Part shown: in pieces, positions 59,446 through 64,000 of the stretch
Numbering within the stretch: the stretch's first letter is position 1
Layout: the number at the start of each line of letters is the position of its first letter
NCBI GenBank assembly: GCA_965644295.1
Contig: CBFFRP010000212.1
Coordinates: 1-64,000 of the forward strand
Direction: 5' to 3'
Length of the DNA: 64,000 bases
DNA from: Paraphysomonas bandaiensis
Taxonomy: Eukaryota; Protista; Chrysophyceae
Notes under the pieces: generated by a model
The model's database searches: none
Told to the model about the DNA's origin: nothing
Seen by the model: the letters and a program-made list of their open reading frames with translations, nothing else
Made by a program: the position numbers and the translations under genes

Positions 59446-62400
59446 ATGATCAGGCTCCTTCTTTTCGTTGCACTGTGTCAGGGCTGTGTCAGTGTGAGCA
59501 CAGGGAGGCGGATAGTGGAGTTGGATCCCTCGTGCTCCGTGTCTCACATGAGATCCTTCATGACGAGGTCTCTCCTACAGCCAGACACACACAGAGACAA
59601 AGACAGAGACGGGACTGCTATAAGCCACGAGTACCGCAATGTGTTTCACGGCGTTGCTGTTGAGGGGGTGTCGTGCAGGGACCTCGTCAACTCGTCATGC
59701 GTGCGGCGCTGTGTGTCTGATTCCATAAAGAGACTAGTGACGGTCCCTTCTTGGGGGCTCGACAGAATAGATCAGAATGACCTCCCATTGGATAACAAAT
59801 ATAACACTGCCTTCACTGGTCAAGGAGTTGACGTGTACATATTAGATACTGGTCTTGATACTAATCATATTGAATTCTCTGCCAGTGGAAGTACAGTTCA
59901 AAGAGAGGTCAAGAATGTGTATGATGCCTTTGCAAGACACAAGAAAAGCCCATCGTCAGATACAGATAGACATGGTGAGTAAGTTTACAATTTGTAGGAT
60001 TGAGTGTATTTAGTGTTTTGCGCAGGCCACGGTACCCACGTAGCTGGCACAGTGGGGGGGAACAGGGTGGGCGTTGCAAAAGGAGCGAATATATATGGTT
60101 TACGCATTCTTGGTGATGAAGGTGAGGGAACCACCTCTGATATTCTGGCCGCCATGGATTATGTACATACTCTTGCTGCTGCTTCTGGGCGCCCCAGTAT
60201 TGTGTCAATGAGCCTTGGTGGAGACTGCGAAAACCCATCTAACTGTGAAGCGGACTCCCTGGTGCAAGGTGTGGAGAGCCTATACCAGGCAGGAATACTC
60301 TCAAGCGTTGCTTCGGGTAACTCGGGGTGTAACGGTTGTTATGGGTCGCCTAATGCTGCACCGAATGCTGTTAATGTCGGTGCCACCACCGCTGTGGACA
60401 CAATTACGTACTTCTCAAATTACGGGCAGTGCATCGATGTGTTTGCTCCGGGCTTCAATATCGTATCTGCGGCTGCGAAGAAGGTGGCGGGGGATGAAAA
60501 CTCATACTGGGAGTTGAGCGGTACATCTATGGCAACGCCACATGTTTCTGGGGTTCTGGCTCTGTTGATACAGAAGTACTCTCCTGGGCTGCCGGTCGGC
60601 GATATTTACAAGGCGCTTCTTTGCGAGGCATCAATGGAGAAAGTCACTGCCAATCCATTGGACACCTTGTCACGAAGTCTGCTACTGCAAGTGCCAAGTG
60701 ATATGCAGCCAAGCCTTGAGTCCTGCGCTGTGGGTGCGGGTTGTCCTGGCATGTGTTCTGGGCGCGGTGTCTGTTTACCGGAACGGCTCATACCGAGTTA
60801 TACCTCTAACAGTGACGTCAACAGAAGCGACAACATGGTGTGCTACTGTGATGCTGGGCTATATGGTGATGATTGCTCAGAATCCTCTGACCCTGCATGT
60901 AGTCAGCAATATTCGCACCACATCACGCTGTCCATGACAGATTCTTTCGGAGATGGGTGGTCGTTCGCATCTTACGCTATCAGCGACAGTGTGGGCAAAG
61001 TGGTGGATGGGGCAGTGGACAGCCTCTGCTATGGCTACAGTGATTCCAAAACTTACTGCTTAGTGGAAGGAAACTATATATTTCGCGCTGATATGGGACT
61101 GTTTCCTGATGAGAACGAATGGAGTATGTGTGGGATCAGGGGTGGTACACCTTATACAGGGACCTTCATTGTAGCCCAGCAGAGCCATCATTCAGCAGTT
61201 TGTCAATTTACTTGCAACGGCCGAACCTCACTGGATGTGCTGTATATGGAAGACTCCTATGGGGACGGTTGGAATGGGGGGTACTACAGTCTCTACTCCT
61301 TAGAGGGTGTGCCGCTATTCGGAGGGTCTCTTCAGACTGGAACCAGTGGTTCACACCACATCTGCCTACCAAGTGGCTGCTCAATATTCATTTTAGGAGC
61401 ATCGGGATCCGAACCCCAGGAAGTGTCATTCGAACTGTGCGGGTATAGAGGTGGGGTCAGCGATGTCTTAATGGTATGTGTGGGCGAGTCCGGGACATGT
61501 AGTGTTACGAACGTTCAACCTGAAAACCCCGCAGTCTGTGATCACGAAAACATCGACACGCGGGTTGATATTACACTCTTTCATTTTGGTGTGACAAATG
61601 CATTCGGAACAGATAACTTTCAGGAGGGGTCTGTGAGTGTCATTATTACGGACCCTACTTTGGGTGATGCTGTCGTCTCAGAATTTTCCATTAACAACGA
61701 GTTCATGGGTGTGTTCGACATCTGTCTGCGAGATGGTTGCTACGACATTACCATACAGGGGAGCATGTCGGACGAGGATATACTTGACGCGATGTGGTTG
61801 GTGTGTGGTACCCGCGGAGATATACCGTGGCACTCAAGACTGTGTGTGGATCGCAGTCATGGTTTTTGCTATGGGCTGACAAACTGCCCAGTACTTATCA
61901 CATATGCCCACACATCTGACAAACAGTACTATGTAGCCTTTCAAGACTCTATCGATGATTACGGTGCCCCTTCTAACGAGGTCAGCCACTTTGGTAATGC
62001 GCATGGCGTTACAGAGCTCTGTGGATTATCGGATGGTCGGCACGATATATATGTCGGTGCTGGCAAATACAGTGGGACAAATGATGACCGCAATACTGCC
62101 CAGCTTTGTGGACAGGCGATATCGATGCCATTTAGTGCATCTATGTTAATCAGTGGCAACGGTTCTGAATGTGTCTTGGAGAGTGTGCATTCTAATACAT
62201 GTGCTGGTGGGAAACGTGCACATGACATAGTGATGATTGATGCTTACGGAGATGGTTGGGGTTACCACGCTGGCTTTACCATTCATGAAGGCTCTTTAGA
62301 CGGGCCAATTGTTTATTCTGGTACTCTAGTTAGTGGGCAGATTGAAACAATGTCAATGTGCCTTCAGCCAGAGAAATGCTACTATATTGATGTTGATGCA

Positions 62401-63945
62401 CAACAGTTTACAGATGAGGTTAGTTTAATGTTATTTTCTTGTGTTTGCTGATTGTACTGTTGTATTTAGGTTCTATGGGTAATGTGCGGCTTTTTTGGTG
62501 ACGCTCCCTCTACAAAGCATTTTTGTGTGTCAGAAGACAGCTGCGTATTTAGTGACACCGATGACGATATGTACAATAGAGAAGATGATGACGACTTTCC
62601 CAGTCTTGACACCGAGCTGACGTTTTACCCGTCCTATTCCCCATCAACGATACCGTCTCTGAAGCCGACGGTTACTCGTAGCCCTACGAATTTACCTTCT
62701 GTGACACCTACTTCTGTGCCTACTACAATACCTACGATCATGCCGACCACTCCTGTTCCAAGTAGCCAGCCGGCTGCTGTTCATCCAAGTGGTATTCCCA
62801 CCCCTGACCCCACTCCTGCACCGTCAACGTCTTTGCCTTCCCTTACTCCGTCTGTTCCATATCGCCCAATATATAGACCTGAGTATGGGCATGAAAATAT
62901 ATCGTACGTACTTTTTTCGACCCTTGAATCAAGAGTGAAAGTGGGTGTTATGGATGAATACGCGGATAGAACAGTTTTCAATGCTTCCGAGCTGCAATTT
63001 CTTGGTAAAGCTGTTGCGAAAACTCTTGTTAGGGCTGAGTTATCTCTCTGGTCCGTGAATATTATTAATTGTGATGTAGTGGACTCCAAGCTTCCCTTAG
63101 ACCTTGATGTTGGACTACTTGACAGTGTATCTTATAAGCGCGCCCACCGGGGTCTCAGGAAACCTCACCTGCCCTCTCTCAGCACAAAGGATCTGACATG
63201 TGGGCTCACTATAGGTGTACAGTCCCCACCTTATCAGTACTTAGATCCGTTGGGGTTGAAGCAGGCAGTGGATGTAGCGCTGCGAACGTCTTTGCTAACT
63301 GGATCACTACAAAATGATCTTAATGCGGCATTATCCTTGCAGCTTAAGCATTCTCAAGCAATGACGGTTATAAAAGAGGCTGCAGTGCAAAGCCTCCTGA
63401 TTATAGTAGACTCATCGGATCTAGATCCCATACAGTCCGAGAGTCCGCCAGCAGATCGGGCAGACGATGATGTGTTTGGGGACTTTACGAATGACAATGA
63501 TAGCGAAGGCCAGCAAAATAAGAAAAGCACCATTGCTGTGGACGCACATTCCCATGGCATGCTTGTAGGGGTTGTGATAGCCATGTCGTGCGGCGGACTA
63601 TTGGTGATGTATGGGGGTTTCCTGTTAAGTCGTTGTAGAGTGAAGCGTAACCGACGGAGGGGAAGGGATAGTGCAGGGGCTTATGCCAAGGTTGAAGGTG
63701 GAAAAATGCGACCTTCAAGAGTCTTTCAAATTGAGGACGAGGAGGATGAGGAAGGTGGATATGAAGATGATCAGAAGGGATTGGATACTGTGTCTCACGA
63801 CATTGAAGGGGAAAAGCATGAGAATGATAACAATGAGAGAGCAGAGAAGACAATGTCTACCGCAATGGTTGTATGTGATGTGATGTCGGAAGAGGAATCT
63901 GTTCTGGACTCACCATCAGTAAAGGAACCAGAATTCACGTACTAG
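59446..63945 (+). CDS. Type-I membrane subtilisin-like (S8A, proteinase K-like) protease with EGF-like and repeated Cys-rich 'DxxGDGW' modules (3 exons)
   Basis: Signal peptide, WGLDRIDQ, catalytic YILDTG / HGTHVAGT / [10 protein letters not shown], Pro/Thr stalk, transmembrane segment [22 protein letters not shown] and an acidic tail. Confidence 0.92.
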
Positions 63946-64000
63946 CCTAAATTATACGAGATGCACATTGTAGACGTATATTTTGCGACGAGTGCATATA

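Overview
Eukaryotic nuclear DNA with short GT-AG introns of about 40-100 nt. A Sig/Ocm-type mastigoneme gene points to a flagellated stramenopile (chrysophyte/ochrophyte-like); this is inference. About 17 protein genes are present, most as compact head-to-head pairs: TBC-ANK-FYVE / EF-hand PPP phosphatase; RsfS / TBCA; mastigoneme protein / bubblegum acyl-CoA synthetase; KHA-like-Ras / DUF3752; two inverted sulfotransferase copies; bacterial-type PD-(D/E)xK protein / small membrane protein; LRR-EF-hand / subtilase. An intron-rich Twinkle primase-helicase is unpaired. AT-rich transposon-rich islands separate the pairs: the 5' end of an LTR retrotransposon at the left edge, two solo LTRs, Copia remnants and other decayed repeats. 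A TA-flanked MITE and a 0.6-kb (ATAC)n tract sit inside divergent promoters. The most notable observation is a four-copy family of apparently non-coding retroposons. Three copies have 13-15 bp target-site duplications (TSDs) and begin at the same 85-nt head, which folds as an HDV-like ribozyme of the L1Tc/ingi type. All four carry a 3' hairpin whose loop variants remain GNRA. Also notable: an intronless bacterial-like coiled-coil PD-(D/E)xK nuclease gene with a presequence-like, His-repeat N-terminus, and a 4-kb palindrome of duplicated sulfotransferase genes. All calls were made by eye with no database searches.
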